From an uncultured Bacilli bacterium (GTDB lineage: Bacteria > Bacillota_I > Bacilli_A > RF39 > UBA660), in NCBI GenBank assembly GCA_934141575.1, contig CAKPCJ010000004.1:1-62140 (forward strand): DNA of 62,140 bases, written 5' to 3'. The notes under the pieces are model-generated. The model saw only the letters and a program-made list of their open reading frames with translations. It had not been told where the DNA came from and ran no database searches. Below are positions 37,641 to 47,152 of the stretch, piece after piece; within the stretch, counting starts at the first letter, position 1; every line of letters begins with the position of its first letter. The position numbers were made by a program, and so were the translations under genes.

Positions 37641-38585
37641 CTATTTGTCATATTTTTTATATAAAGATTTATAAAATATTTTAAGATTCTCATCGTTCAT
37701 TGAAGCTCCCGCGGCCTTTTCATGCCCTCCGCCACCAATAATAGAGGCAATTTCATTTAAATTTATATCATTGACAGTTCTAAACGAAAAAGCTCTTCTT
37801 ACAAAATTGGCAATTAAAATAAAATCAAGTTCTTTATGTCTAGCAGATAATTCGTTTCCTACCGTACTCCTATAGTTTTCGGAAATACTTATGCCAACAT
37901 TATATCCCAAAAACTGTGTAATAATTAATGATTTATCACATTCATCAACATATGAAGCAATATCATCTTCAAGTTTTTTCACGATATCAAGCTCATCTTT
38001 ATCAAAAGTAAAAGTTTCTAACTTATAATTTTTAAGTAGTTTTGAATAGTACTTTTCAATAAAAGAATCAATTCCTATGACAGAAAAAATTTCGGTAAGA
38101 TATTTTCCAGCCAAATTACCAGTATTTTTAAAATCCCAAGTATCGTAACTTCTTACATTTTCTACAAATGAAGAAACATATGTAGAATTTAAATATTGGC
38201 ATTCAGTATAATTTTTTAAAAGATACTCATAAAAGATACTAGTGCCACATGGTAAAAAATCGCCATCTTTGTGAATTACAGTTGACCATGGATATTTAAT
38301 ATCAAAAGAATATATATGATGGTCAAAGTGTTTAACATTTGAAAAATTACTGTCTATAAATTCAAAAATTTCTTCTGTTTTAACTGATAAATCAGTAATA
38401 AAAATTTGGTCATATTTAGAACCAATCAATTCCTTAAATACACTATATAATTCATCTGGCTCACATAGAATAATATCAATTTTTTCAAATACTAATTTAG
38501 CTAATATAACCGCACCCATTCCATCGACATCAGCAATATGTGAAACAATCAAATTATTATTATTAATATTAATATACTTAATCAT
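37641..38585 (-). CDS. Stand-alone DHH/DHHA1 phosphoesterase
   Basis: HIADVDGMG, FITDLS, DHHIYS and GGGGHEKAAG (DHHA1). The ATG at 38585 follows AGGTGG. Confidence 0.8.
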   Translation of the reverse strand: MIKYININNNNLIVSHIADVDGMGAVILAKLVFEKIDIILCEPDELYSVFKELIGSKYDQIFITDLSVKTEEIFEFIDSNFSNVKHFDHHIYSFDIKYPWSTVIHKDGDFLPCGTSIFYEYLLKNYTECQYLNSTYVSSFVENVRSYDTWDFKNTGNLAGKYLTEIFSVIGIDSFIEKYYSKLLKNYKLETFTFDKDELDIVKKLEDDIASYVDECDKSLIITQFLGYNVGISISENYRSTVGNELSARHKELDFILIANFVRRAFSFRTVNDINLNEIASIIGGGGHEKAAGASMNDENLKIFYKSLYKKYDK

Positions 38586-38594
38586 AAATACCAC

Positions 38595-39737
38595 CTATAT
38601 ATAATTTCTTTTTTTATTTCTATATTCTTCATTAGCTATAGTAAATACGAATCCAAGCATTAACATATATGACAAAAGTGAAGAACCACCATAACTAATA
38701 AAAGGAAGAGTGATTCCTGTTATTGGTAATAATCCTATTGTCATTCCAATATTTTGAACTTGTTGATATAATAACATTCCAATAATTCCCGCTATAACGT
38801 ATTTATTTATATCATTTTTAGCACTATAGCCTATATGAAGAATTTTACCATCAAAAAATCCAAGAATCAATAAAAGAATTAAAGAACCAATCATTCCAAA
38901 ATTTGAAGCAAAAACTGCAAATATAAAATCAGTTTGTGGTTCTGGAAAATAAATCGGTGTATTAGCAAATCCATGTCCGAATAATCCAGCAGAACCGATT
39001 GCAATAGAAGCATTTTCATATTGCATCCCAACACCACTTCGCCAATCTATAATTCTATCCATTCTATAAAAAAATTTAGTACCAAATATATTAATAAATG
39101 TATCAGGTTTAGAAAAATATAAGAATAAGAATATGGAAAGTATAATACCAACAAATAGTCCTAATATTACAAACCATCTTATTCTGATGCCAGAAGATAG
39201 AAGCATTGCAAGTGTAATAAGTAAATAAATTAATACAACACCAGTATCCGGTTGTAAAAAAGTAAGCACAGAAGGAATACCAACAACAAATAATACTTTA
39301 ACTAGAAATAAAAATTCGTTTTTGATTGAATGATCTGTTTGAAGGTTAAAATCTTCAATCATTCTCGCCAAAACTAAAATAATAAAAATTTTCATAAATT
39401 CACTTGGTTGAATATTTCCAACACCTGAAATTACAAACCAACATTTAGAATTACTTATAGTAGGTGCAAAAAATAATAATCCAATCAAAGAAAGAATTCC
39501 TATTATATAAAAAATCCACGCATTTCTATAAAAAAAGTCTGTACCAAGTGTCATAACTATAAATATAACTATGAATCCAATCAAAAACCAAATGCATTGT
39601 TTAATATAAAGTGAACCAGGAACATCAAATGCGATGACCTCAGCACTATATATAGTTGAAATACTAATAATGGCAAGAAAAACTAGTAACAAAAATAACA
39701 CAATATCAAATTTGTATTTAGAAATTTTGCTCACCAT
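38595..39737 (-). CDS. SEDS-family peptidoglycan polymerase (FtsW/RodA/SpoVE)
   Basis: About ten TM helices with QPSEFMKI, LQPDTG and LPITGITLPFISYGGSS. Confidence 0.85.
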   Translation of the reverse strand: MVSKISKYKFDIVLFLLLVFLAIISISTIYSAEVIAFDVPGSLYIKQCIWFLIGFIVIFIVMTLGTDFFYRNAWIFYIIGILSLIGLLFFAPTISNSKCWFVISGVGNIQPSEFMKIFIILVLARMIEDFNLQTDHSIKNEFLFLVKVLFVVGIPSVLTFLQPDTGVVLIYLLITLAMLLSSGIRIRWFVILGLFVGIILSIFLFLYFSKPDTFINIFGTKFFYRMDRIIDWRSGVGMQYENASIAIGSAGLFGHGFANTPIYFPEPQTDFIFAVFASNFGMIGSLILLLILGFFDGKILHIGYSAKNDINKYVIAGIIGMLLYQQVQNIGMTIGLLPITGITLPFISYGGSSLLSYMLMLGFVFTIANEEYRNKKRNYI

Positions 39738-39809
39738 ATCATCTCCTATATTATTATTATATCACGTATATAGAAAAATATATTTCATAAAATTAAAAGA
39801 GGAGGAATT

Positions 39810-40088
39810 ATGAATTTACCAGATAATATTTATATAAACAATAAAGAAATAAATACTACAAATCAGAAAGTATACTATTCTGGAAACACTAACTATTTAA
39901 ATGCAAAGGACAAAATAAATGAAATTTTTAAATATACAAATATAGTATATGATAAACAAACATTAATAACAACAAAGGATGAAGTTCTAAATAAGACAAT
40001 AATTGCAAGAGATAGTAATTGCTTAATAACTAATATGCATGAGATAATCCCGATAGAAAATATAATAAATATTAAAATAGATAACTAA
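39810..40088 (+). CDS. Hypothetical 92-aa protein
   Basis: GAGGAGGA ribosome-binding site 5 nt upstream. No recognisable motif. Confidence 0.4.
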   Translation: MNLPDNIYINNKEINTTNQKVYYSGNTNYLNAKDKINEIFKYTNIVYDKQTLITTKDEVLNKTIIARDSNCLITNMHEIIPIENIINIKIDN

Positions 40089-40142
40089 ATTTTGAAAAAA
40101 TACAAAAATATGGTATACTACTAAATATGGATAGGTGATAAT

Positions 40143-40463
40143 ATGGAAATAAACTATGTACAATATATAATAATGGCGATAATACTTATTATAATAGCAT
40201 GTGCCATTGCCAAAACTACAAAAAAGGATGTAAAACTAGAATTAAATAAATTGGTTCAATATTTAGGAGGAAAAGAAAATATAATAAAACATGAAGTAAG
40301 CATGTCTAGATTTAGAGTAGAATTAAAAGATATGTCAAAAGTAAACAAAGAAGCAATACAAAAACTTGGTGCAAGAGGAATTGTTGAGATTGACAATCAA
40401 TTAAAAATAATACTTGGACCAGAAGCAAAACAATTAAAAAAATATATTGATGAGTTAAAGTGA
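40143..40463 (+). CDS. Membrane-anchored PTS EIIB(Glc)-like domain protein, active-site Cys replaced by Ser
   Basis: One TM helix, then LVQYLGGKENIIKHEVSMSRFRVELKDMSKVNKEAIQKLGARGIV. This aligns to EIIB GGKENI..xxxCxTRLR..D.SKV....LK.LGA.GV, with S at the Cys position. Confidence 0.6.
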   Translation: MEINYVQYIIMAIILIIIACAIAKTTKKDVKLELNKLVQYLGGKENIIKHEVSMSRFRVELKDMSKVNKEAIQKLGARGIVEIDNQLKIILGPEAKQLKKYIDELK

Positions 40464-40484
40464 TAAAAAAAGTCACTTTTTTTT
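40456..40484 (+). terminator. Rho-independent terminator after the EIIB-like gene
   Basis: AAAGTGA-taaaaaaag-TCACTTT followed by a T-run. Confidence 0.65.
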
Positions 40485-40543
40485 ATTATTCGACAAAAAA
40501 AGACAGACAGACATTATATATTAATGACAGGGAGGGACAAATA

Positions 40544-41773
40544 ATGACAAATATAACCGGTATTTTGACAAATATTATATGTATATTATTTCCATTCTTG
40601 TGTTATATGATATACGTAGCGTATTGTAATGACATAAACAAAAAAGAAAGCAACTTATTATTATCAGTAGTATTATTTATTTCAATGTATTTAAGTCACG
40701 AGCATAGTATAGGGATAACCCCACCAATAATGCTTAATATCCCACTTATAATTGCATATTTAAAAGAAAAAAAAGACAGTATACTAATAATGAGTATATT
40801 CATAGTCTTCAATTATAATATCGTATTTGGATTGCCACTAAGCATATGTATAATAGAATATATTGCTTACTATGGACTATATATATTAATAAAAAGTATA
40901 AACAAAGAAAAACTAAAATATTTTTATATATTAACATTTAGTATAATAAAAGCAACAATATTAATAATAGAAACACCAGATATTTACCCTAATGTTAACA
41001 TAATAATAAAAATGGTAATTGTATTATCAATATTTGTATTATCGGCAATATTAATAATAAACCTCCTAGAAAAAAGTGAACAAATAATTAATTTAAACAT
41101 AACAATTAAAGAATTGGAAAGAGAAAAACAACTTAGATGCTCACTATTCAATATAGCACATGAAATAAAAAATCCATTAGCAGTTTGCAAAGGATATTTA
41201 GAAATGCTAAATTTTAAAAATCCAAACCATGAAAAATATATCCCAATAATTCAAACTGAATTAGAAAGATCAATAACGTTAATGAATGACATGTTGAACT
41301 TCACAAAAATAAAAATATCACCAGAATATATGGATATAAATGTATTATTAGAGGATATAAAATTGAGTGTGGCACCAATAACAAAAAATAAAAATATTAA
41401 AGTAAACATAAAGGTTTCAAAGGACGAATTATATGTTTATGCAGATTATATTAGATTAAAACAAGTATTTGTAAATATAATAAAAAATTGCATAGAGAAT
41501 TTAGAAGACAATTCAAACCAAAAAATTATAAATATAGAAGTAACTTTAAAGCGTAATCAAATTATTACAACAATAAATGACAACAGCAAGGGCATGACAA
41601 AAAATGAATTAAGAGAATTAAATAAACCATTTTATACGCCAAATGGTAGAAATAGAGCATTAGAAGCTACACTGGTAAATGAAATAATAAAATGTCATGA
41701 TGGAGAAATATCCTTCATGTCTAAACTAAATAAGGGAACAACTGCAGTAATAAAACTTCCATATAAAGCATAA
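40544..41773 (+). CDS. Orphan membrane histidine kinase with degenerate G1/G2 boxes
   Basis: The ATG at 40544 follows GGGAGGGA. About six TM helices, then H-box FNIAHEIKNPL and N-box FVNIIKNCIENL. G1 reads DNSKGM and the G2 position reads GRNRALEATL instead of GxGLGL. No adjacent response regulator. Confidence 0.75.
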   Translation: MTNITGILTNIICILFPFLCYMIYVAYCNDINKKESNLLLSVVLFISMYLSHEHSIGITPPIMLNIPLIIAYLKEKKDSILIMSIFIVFNYNIVFGLPLSICIIEYIAYYGLYILIKSINKEKLKYFYILTFSIIKATILIIETPDIYPNVNIIIKMVIVLSIFVLSAILIINLLEKSEQIINLNITIKELEREKQLRCSLFNIAHEIKNPLAVCKGYLEMLNFKNPNHEKYIPIIQTELERSITLMNDMLNFTKIKISPEYMDINVLLEDIKLSVAPITKNKNIKVNIKVSKDELYVYADYIRLKQVFVNIIKNCIENLEDNSNQKIINIEVTLKRNQIITTINDNSKGMTKNELRELNKPFYTPNGRNRALEATLVNEIIKCHDGEISFMSKLNKGTTAVIKLPYKA

Positions 41774-41830
41774 ATATTATAAAATACAAATTATTGTTAA
41801 TAATATGAATAACAAAAGGGAGAAATAAAA

Positions 41831-42943
41831 ATGGAAGAAAAAATAAATGAGCTTGCAGATATAATTATTAATTACTCTTTAAAAATATCTAAAAATGAAC
41901 GTGTATTGATAACGACTAGGAGTAAAAACGCAAAATCCTTAGTGATAAAATTAATAGAAAAAATATATGAAAATCATGCAATACCAGAAGTAAACATAAT
42001 AGATGATGAAATTTCGTCCAAAATTACAGAATTAACAACGAAAGAAAGAATAAAATTTTTAATAACACAAAAACAATTTGAAATAGACAATTACGATGCT
42101 TTTATTTCAATAAGAGAAAATAATAATCCATATGAAGAAAAAAACATAAGTGAAGAAATTTACAACGAAATTGGTAGAGCAACAAATGAAATATCAAAGG
42201 AAAGAATAAATAAAAGAAAATGGTTGTTACTAAATTATCCTAGTGTAATGGATGCTTATAAAGCAAAAATGACAAGAGAAGAATTTAAAAAATATGCATT
42301 AGATGTAATGACTATTAATTTTAAAGAATTAAGTGAATTAATAAAACCACTTAAAGACTTAATGGAAAAAACAGATAGAGTTAGAATAGTAGGGCCAAAT
42401 ACAGATATAAGTTTTTCGATAAAAGGGATGTCTGCAATACCATGTGTAGGGAAACACAATATTCCGGATGGAGAACTATATACAGCACCTATTAAAACGA
42501 GTGTAAATGGCAGAATAACATATAATACAGAAACATCATATAGAGGAATAGAATTTAAAAACATATCATTGGACTTTAAAGATGGAAAAATAATCTCATG
42601 CTCATCAGAAATAAATAATGATAAATTAGAAACAATATTCAATACTGATGAAGGAGCAAGGTACATAGGAGAGTTTTCATTTGGACTAAATCCATTTATA
42701 AGGAAACCTATAGGAGATATTTTGTACGACGAAAAAATAATTGGAAGCATCCATTTTACACCAGGAAGATGTTATGATGATGCTTCAAACAATAATGATT
42801 CATCCATCCATTGGGATTTGGTTTTAATTCAAAGAAAAGAATATGGTGGTGGTAGAATCTATTTTGACGACAAGCTAATAAGAGAAGATGGGAATTTTGT
42901 ATTAGAAGAATTGAAAAAACTAAATTATGAAGAGGCACAATAG
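41831..42943 (+). CDS. Aminopeptidase, M29 (AmpS/PepS) family
   Basis: 370 aa with LADIIINYSLKI, IPDGELYTAP, GEFSFGLNP and SIHWDLV. Confidence 0.8.
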   Translation: MEEKINELADIIINYSLKISKNERVLITTRSKNAKSLVIKLIEKIYENHAIPEVNIIDDEISSKITELTTKERIKFLITQKQFEIDNYDAFISIRENNNPYEEKNISEEIYNEIGRATNEISKERINKRKWLLLNYPSVMDAYKAKMTREEFKKYALDVMTINFKELSELIKPLKDLMEKTDRVRIVGPNTDISFSIKGMSAIPCVGKHNIPDGELYTAPIKTSVNGRITYNTETSYRGIEFKNISLDFKDGKIISCSSEINNDKLETIFNTDEGARYIGEFSFGLNPFIRKPIGDILYDEKIIGSIHFTPGRCYDDASNNNDSSIHWDLVLIQRKEYGGGRIYFDDKLIREDGNFVLEELKKLNYEEAQ

Positions 42944-42976
42944 TGCTTTTTTTGTTATAATTAAGATGGTGATAAA

Positions 42977-43828
42977 ATGTTTATAAATGCAATTAAAACA
43001 AATAAGGAATATACAAGACCACTTTACGGTGGAATCAAGTTATTAGGTTCAGACAACATAATTTCATCTATTTCAACCTATATAGTAGTAAATGATGAAG
43101 GATGGATATTAACATGTAAGCATGTCGCAGAACAAATAATAAATTCAGAAAATCTAAAAGACTTATTTACGGAATATAAAACTATACAAAACGAAAAAGA
43201 ATTACAACGATTCAAACAAAAATATGGAATAACAAATGATGACATAATATCCCAAATAAACATATTTGTTAATACATTTGAAGGTGGACACATATCAAAA
43301 ATAATCTTATCTAAAGATTTAGATATTGCATTAATAAAATGGGAAGATTTTGAAAATATTAGTGTAACGGAATATCCAAAATTTAGCAATAGTACTCCAG
43401 AAATAGGTCAAAGTGTATGCAAATTAGGCTTTGCATTTATTAAAGATGATTATTTTTACTACGATTCAACTAGCAAGGAAATAAAAAAATATAAAGAAAA
43501 AGATTTAAATGTTCCATTTTTTCCGCTTGATGGAATAGTAACAAGACACGTAAATGTGAGTGATAAGGAAAATGCGATGTTTGAAACAAGTACACCAGGT
43601 ATAAGAGGTCAAAGTGGTGGACCAATATTTGATGAAAGTGGCACAATTCTTGGTATGCAAAGTGCAACAAGACACCTTGATTTAATGTTTGACATAAATG
43701 GAACATGTAAACGTGGTTTAAACATAGAGGAGGTTCATGAGAAGCAATTTATTAATTTAGGAATTGCAATTTCATCAAAAGAATTAACTGCATTTATGGA
43801 TGCGAACAACGTAAAATATAATAAATAA
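42977..43828 (+). CDS. Cytoplasmic trypsin-like (S1/Trypsin_2) serine protease
   Basis: Candidate catalytic triad: LTCKHVAEQ (His), DIALIKW (Asp), GIRGQSGGPIFD (Ser). No signal peptide. It has its own extended -10 element (TGtTATAAT, 42953..42961) after a terminator at 42933..42953. Confidence 0.65.
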   Translation: MFINAIKTNKEYTRPLYGGIKLLGSDNIISSISTYIVVNDEGWILTCKHVAEQIINSENLKDLFTEYKTIQNEKELQRFKQKYGITNDDIISQINIFVNTFEGGHISKIILSKDLDIALIKWEDFENISVTEYPKFSNSTPEIGQSVCKLGFAFIKDDYFYYDSTSKEIKKYKEKDLNVPFFPLDGIVTRHVNVSDKENAMFETSTPGIRGQSGGPIFDESGTILGMQSATRHLDLMFDINGTCKRGLNIEEVHEKQFINLGIAISSKELTAFMDANNVKYNK

Positions 43829-43890
43829 TATGTCATAATTTGTCGTATTAAAATTTGTCATAAACAATAAATAAAATTATATAATAAAAC

Positions 43891-44346
43891 ATGGTGATTA
43901 ATTTGACAAATGAAAAGGACATAATAGTAATATGTGGAATAAATGAGGAAAGTTTAGATAAAAAAAGTAAAATTCTAAGCAAAAATAATAACATAAAACA
44001 ATATAAAATATCCTCATTAGAAGATAACAAAAATATAACAGAAGAATTATTAAATAGAAATCTTACTGATAAAATAAATATAGTAGAGATGGATGTATAC
44101 ACATTTTTAAGTTTAAACATAGAGTTTTTAAAACGAGATAAAAACATAATTATTTCTAAAATAATATTAGTATTTGAACAAATAGAAAATTTATGCAAAA
44201 TGTTAGAACAAAGTCTAAAAATAAGATGTAACATGCATCAAGTAGAGATTTATCAAGATTCCAAAATAAATGATGTTATAAACAAGGCAAAAAGACATAA
44301 TATAACATACGAAATAACAGTAAATGAACTAGCAAATCAAAACTAA
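43891..44346 (+). CDS. Hypothetical 151-aa soluble protein
   Basis: Chosen over the overlapping hydrophobic antisense ORF (43848..44234). No recognised motif. Ends 9 nt before the helicase gene. Confidence 0.45.
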   Translation: MVINLTNEKDIIVICGINEESLDKKSKILSKNNNIKQYKISSLEDNKNITEELLNRNLTDKINIVEMDVYTFLSLNIEFLKRDKNIIISKIILVFEQIENLCKMLEQSLKIRCNMHQVEIYQDSKINDVINKAKRHNITYEITVNELANQN

Positions 44347-44355
44347 CATTAGGAA

Positions 44356-46488
44356 GTGATAACAGTAAAAATACTAGTAGTAATCATAATAGTATTGATT
44401 TTTTTATACATATTAAAAGTTAAAGATGAGTTCAAGAGCGGCAATGATATCAATTATTTTTATAGATACATAAATAAATTATCAGATGATTATATAGATC
44501 ATAATCAAGTGGTAATAATAAAGCAAAAATTTAAAAAATTATACAAAGAAGTAAAGAAAAAAAGTATAGTATTTAAAATAATAAATAGAAAATTTATAAA
44601 TGATTATAAAGAGTTAGAAAAATATATAGAAGCGAAAAATGAAGAGTATACCAATCAGGAAATAATAAATGCAAGTGTATTAAATAATATAAATGGTTAT
44701 AGATTAGATTTAAATCAAAAAAATGCTGTAATAAGTAATGAATTAAATACTCTTGTAGTAGCAGGTGCCGGTAGTGGTAAAAGTCTAACGATAATAGGCA
44801 AAATAATATACTTAATAAATAGAAGAAAAATAAACCCTAAAGATATACTTTGCATTTCTTTCACGAATGATGCGACGAATAACCTAAAAAAGAATTTGTG
44901 TAAAAATAATACATATGACATTGATATATATACTTTTCATAAACTTGCATTAAATATTATAAAACAAAATGAGTCAGTAATATCAATCGCAGAAGACAAT
45001 TTATTAAGCAATGTAATAGATAAATACTTTAAAAATAACATATTAAAAAATGAACAAGGATTAAAAGATATAGTAAAATATTTCGCAATATATATTGATT
45101 TAACAAATATAGAAACAGAAAAAATAAAAACAATCAAACAAAATGAAATTGTATTTGATAAATATGATTATGTATTAGCAAATTATCTTTATATCAATGG
45201 TATAGAATATACATACAAACATACACCTGAAAAAAGTATATTTAAATTAAAAAAATATAATATTGTGAACAATAGAGAAGTGAATACATCAAACAATAAG
45301 GATGATATAGATTTATATCAAATACAATTTAATGAAGGTAATGCATTGAAGATTTTACAAAAAGAATTACATCGGAGAAATGTAAAATTTAAAGAAATAA
45401 ACTATTTAAATTTATACAAAAATATTTACCAGAATACTAGTTATCTAAACAACCTAAAAAAACTAATAGAAACATTTATAAATCTATTTAAATCAGATAA
45501 TTATGATATAAGCTATTTTGATAAATTTAATAAAAAAATCAATAAGATAAAAAATAAAAGTGAAAAAGTACGACAAAAAATATTGGTAAATATTACGCAA
45601 AATATTTACAGTATATATCAATATGAATTAAAAAATAACAGAAAAATAGATTTTAATGACATGATTAATATGGCAACCAATATTGTTAACAAATATGGAA
45701 TATACCAAAAGTACAAATACATAATAATAGATGAATATCAAGATACGTCAATAACAAAATATGAACTTATAAAAAGCATAATAAATAAGACAAATGCTAA
45801 ATTAATGGTAGTAGGTGATGATTGGCAATCTATTTACGGTTTTACTGGTTGTACACTAGACGTATTCCTAAATTTTGACAAATATTATGGTTACACAAAG
45901 AAAGTTATAATCGAAAATACTTATAGAAATTCACAAGAATTAATAGATATTGCAGGAAATTTTATACAAAAAAATAATTACCAGTTAAAAAAGAAATTAA
46001 AATCAACAAAACATATAAACAATCCAGTACAAATAGTAGGATACACAAATAATTTTAATGAAAAATTAGAAGAAATTCTATTAAAATTATATAAGGATAA
46101 TCAAAGACAAGTTATGTTATTGGGAAGAAATAATAATGATTTAAACAGATTATCAAATAATCGAAAATTTATTATAAAAAATAATTGTATAGAGTACACA
46201 AAAATTCCAGAACTAAAAATATATTTCTTAACAGCTCATAGATCAAAAGGTTTAGAGGAAGAAAATGTAATATTATTAAACGCAGATGATAAAATAATGG
46301 GATTTCCAAATAAAATAATAGATGATAAAATTCTAATATATGTAAAAAATATTAAAGAATACTACGAATACGAAGAAGAAAGAAGATTGTTTTACGTAGC
46401 ATTAACTAGAACAAGAAATAAAATATACATATTAGTAAATGAAAAAAGCGAATCTATATTTATAAAAGAACTTAAAAAATTAATATAA
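44356..46488 (+). CDS. UvrD/Rep-superfamily helicase-IV (HelD)-like protein with an N-terminal TM helix
   Basis: ITVKILVVIIIVLIFLYIL, then SF1 motifs LVVAGAGSGKS, CISFTNDA, YIIIDEYQDTS, MVVGDDWQSIYGFTG, ENTYRNSQ, TAHRSKGLEEENVILL and RRLFYVALTRTRNK. GTG start. Confidence 0.8.
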   Translation: MITVKILVVIIIVLIFLYILKVKDEFKSGNDINYFYRYINKLSDDYIDHNQVVIIKQKFKKLYKEVKKKSIVFKIINRKFINDYKELEKYIEAKNEEYTNQEIINASVLNNINGYRLDLNQKNAVISNELNTLVVAGAGSGKSLTIIGKIIYLINRRKINPKDILCISFTNDATNNLKKNLCKNNTYDIDIYTFHKLALNIIKQNESVISIAEDNLLSNVIDKYFKNNILKNEQGLKDIVKYFAIYIDLTNIETEKIKTIKQNEIVFDKYDYVLANYLYINGIEYTYKHTPEKSIFKLKKYNIVNNREVNTSNNKDDIDLYQIQFNEGNALKILQKELHRRNVKFKEINYLNLYKNIYQNTSYLNNLKKLIETFINLFKSDNYDISYFDKFNKKINKIKNKSEKVRQKILVNITQNIYSIYQYELKNNRKIDFNDMINMATNIVNKYGIYQKYKYIIIDEYQDTSITKYELIKSIINKTNAKLMVVGDDWQSIYGFTGCTLDVFLNFDKYYGYTKKVIIENTYRNSQELIDIAGNFIQKNNYQLKKKLKSTKHINNPVQIVGYTNNFNEKLEEILLKLYKDNQRQVMLLGRNNNDLNRLSNNRKFIIKNNCIEYTKIPELKIYFLTAHRSKGLEEENVILLNADDKIMGFPNKIIDDKILIYVKNIKEYYEYEEERRLFYVALTRTRNKIYILVNEKSESIFIKELKKLI

Positions 46489-46523
46489 CTATAAAACCTC
46501 TATGTAAACACAGAGGTTAAATT

Positions 46524-47099
46524 CTACTTAACTAAAATATCTTGGACAAAAACTTTATGGTCTTTTTCAATTTGTTTTTGATAGCGTTCTTCCTCACTAA
46601 AAACACAACCACAATATTTTTGCATATAAAGTCCTAATTCACGGGCTTTATTTTGCCCTTCTCTAAATAATGGTCTAAAGTCATCATAATAGAATTCTAA
46701 GTCGTATTTTTTTGCAATTTCTCTGCCAGTTTTAATAATTAAATCATGGTTTTGATAAGGACTTATTAATAGAGTAGTAGAAAAATATTTTAATCCAAGT
46801 TCTTTGGCCTTCTTTGCAGTATTATCGAGTCTGCAATAATAACAATAACCACATCTATTATCAACATTGTTTATAACATTTTTGCAAAAATCTTTAAGAC
46901 CATAATAATCATTAAATATAACATCCAGATTTATAGATTCAGAATAACTTTTTAAAGTATCCCTTCTTGCCTTGTACTCCATATATGGATGTATATTTGG
47001 GTTATACCAATACCCAAGTATATCAATGCCATCTTTTCTTAATTTATCAATACATGCAACACTGCAAGGTGCACAACAAATATGTAACAATACCTTCAT
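46524..47099 (-). CDS. queH: Epoxyqueuosine reductase QueH (DUF208)
   Basis: LLHICCAPCS, CGYCYYCR and YCGCVFSE. Confidence 0.9.
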   Translation of the reverse strand: MKVLLHICCAPCSVACIDKLRKDGIDILGYWYNPNIHPYMEYKARRDTLKSYSESINLDVIFNDYYGLKDFCKNVINNVDNRCGYCYYCRLDNTAKKAKELGLKYFSTTLLISPYQNHDLIIKTGREIAKKYDLEFYYDDFRPLFREGQNKARELGLYMQKYCGCVFSEEERYQKQIEKDHKVFVQDILVK

Positions 47100-47152
47100 A
47101 AAACCACTTCCAAAGATATAATAAAATATATTATAAATTAAATCAATAAAAA

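Noticed and set aside
43848-44234. A 128-aa minus-strand ORF overlapping the 151-aa plus-strand ORF.
   Set aside because: It has a hydrophobic low-complexity translation typical of the reverse frame of AT-rich coding DNA. The plus-strand frame is longer and abuts the helicase gene.
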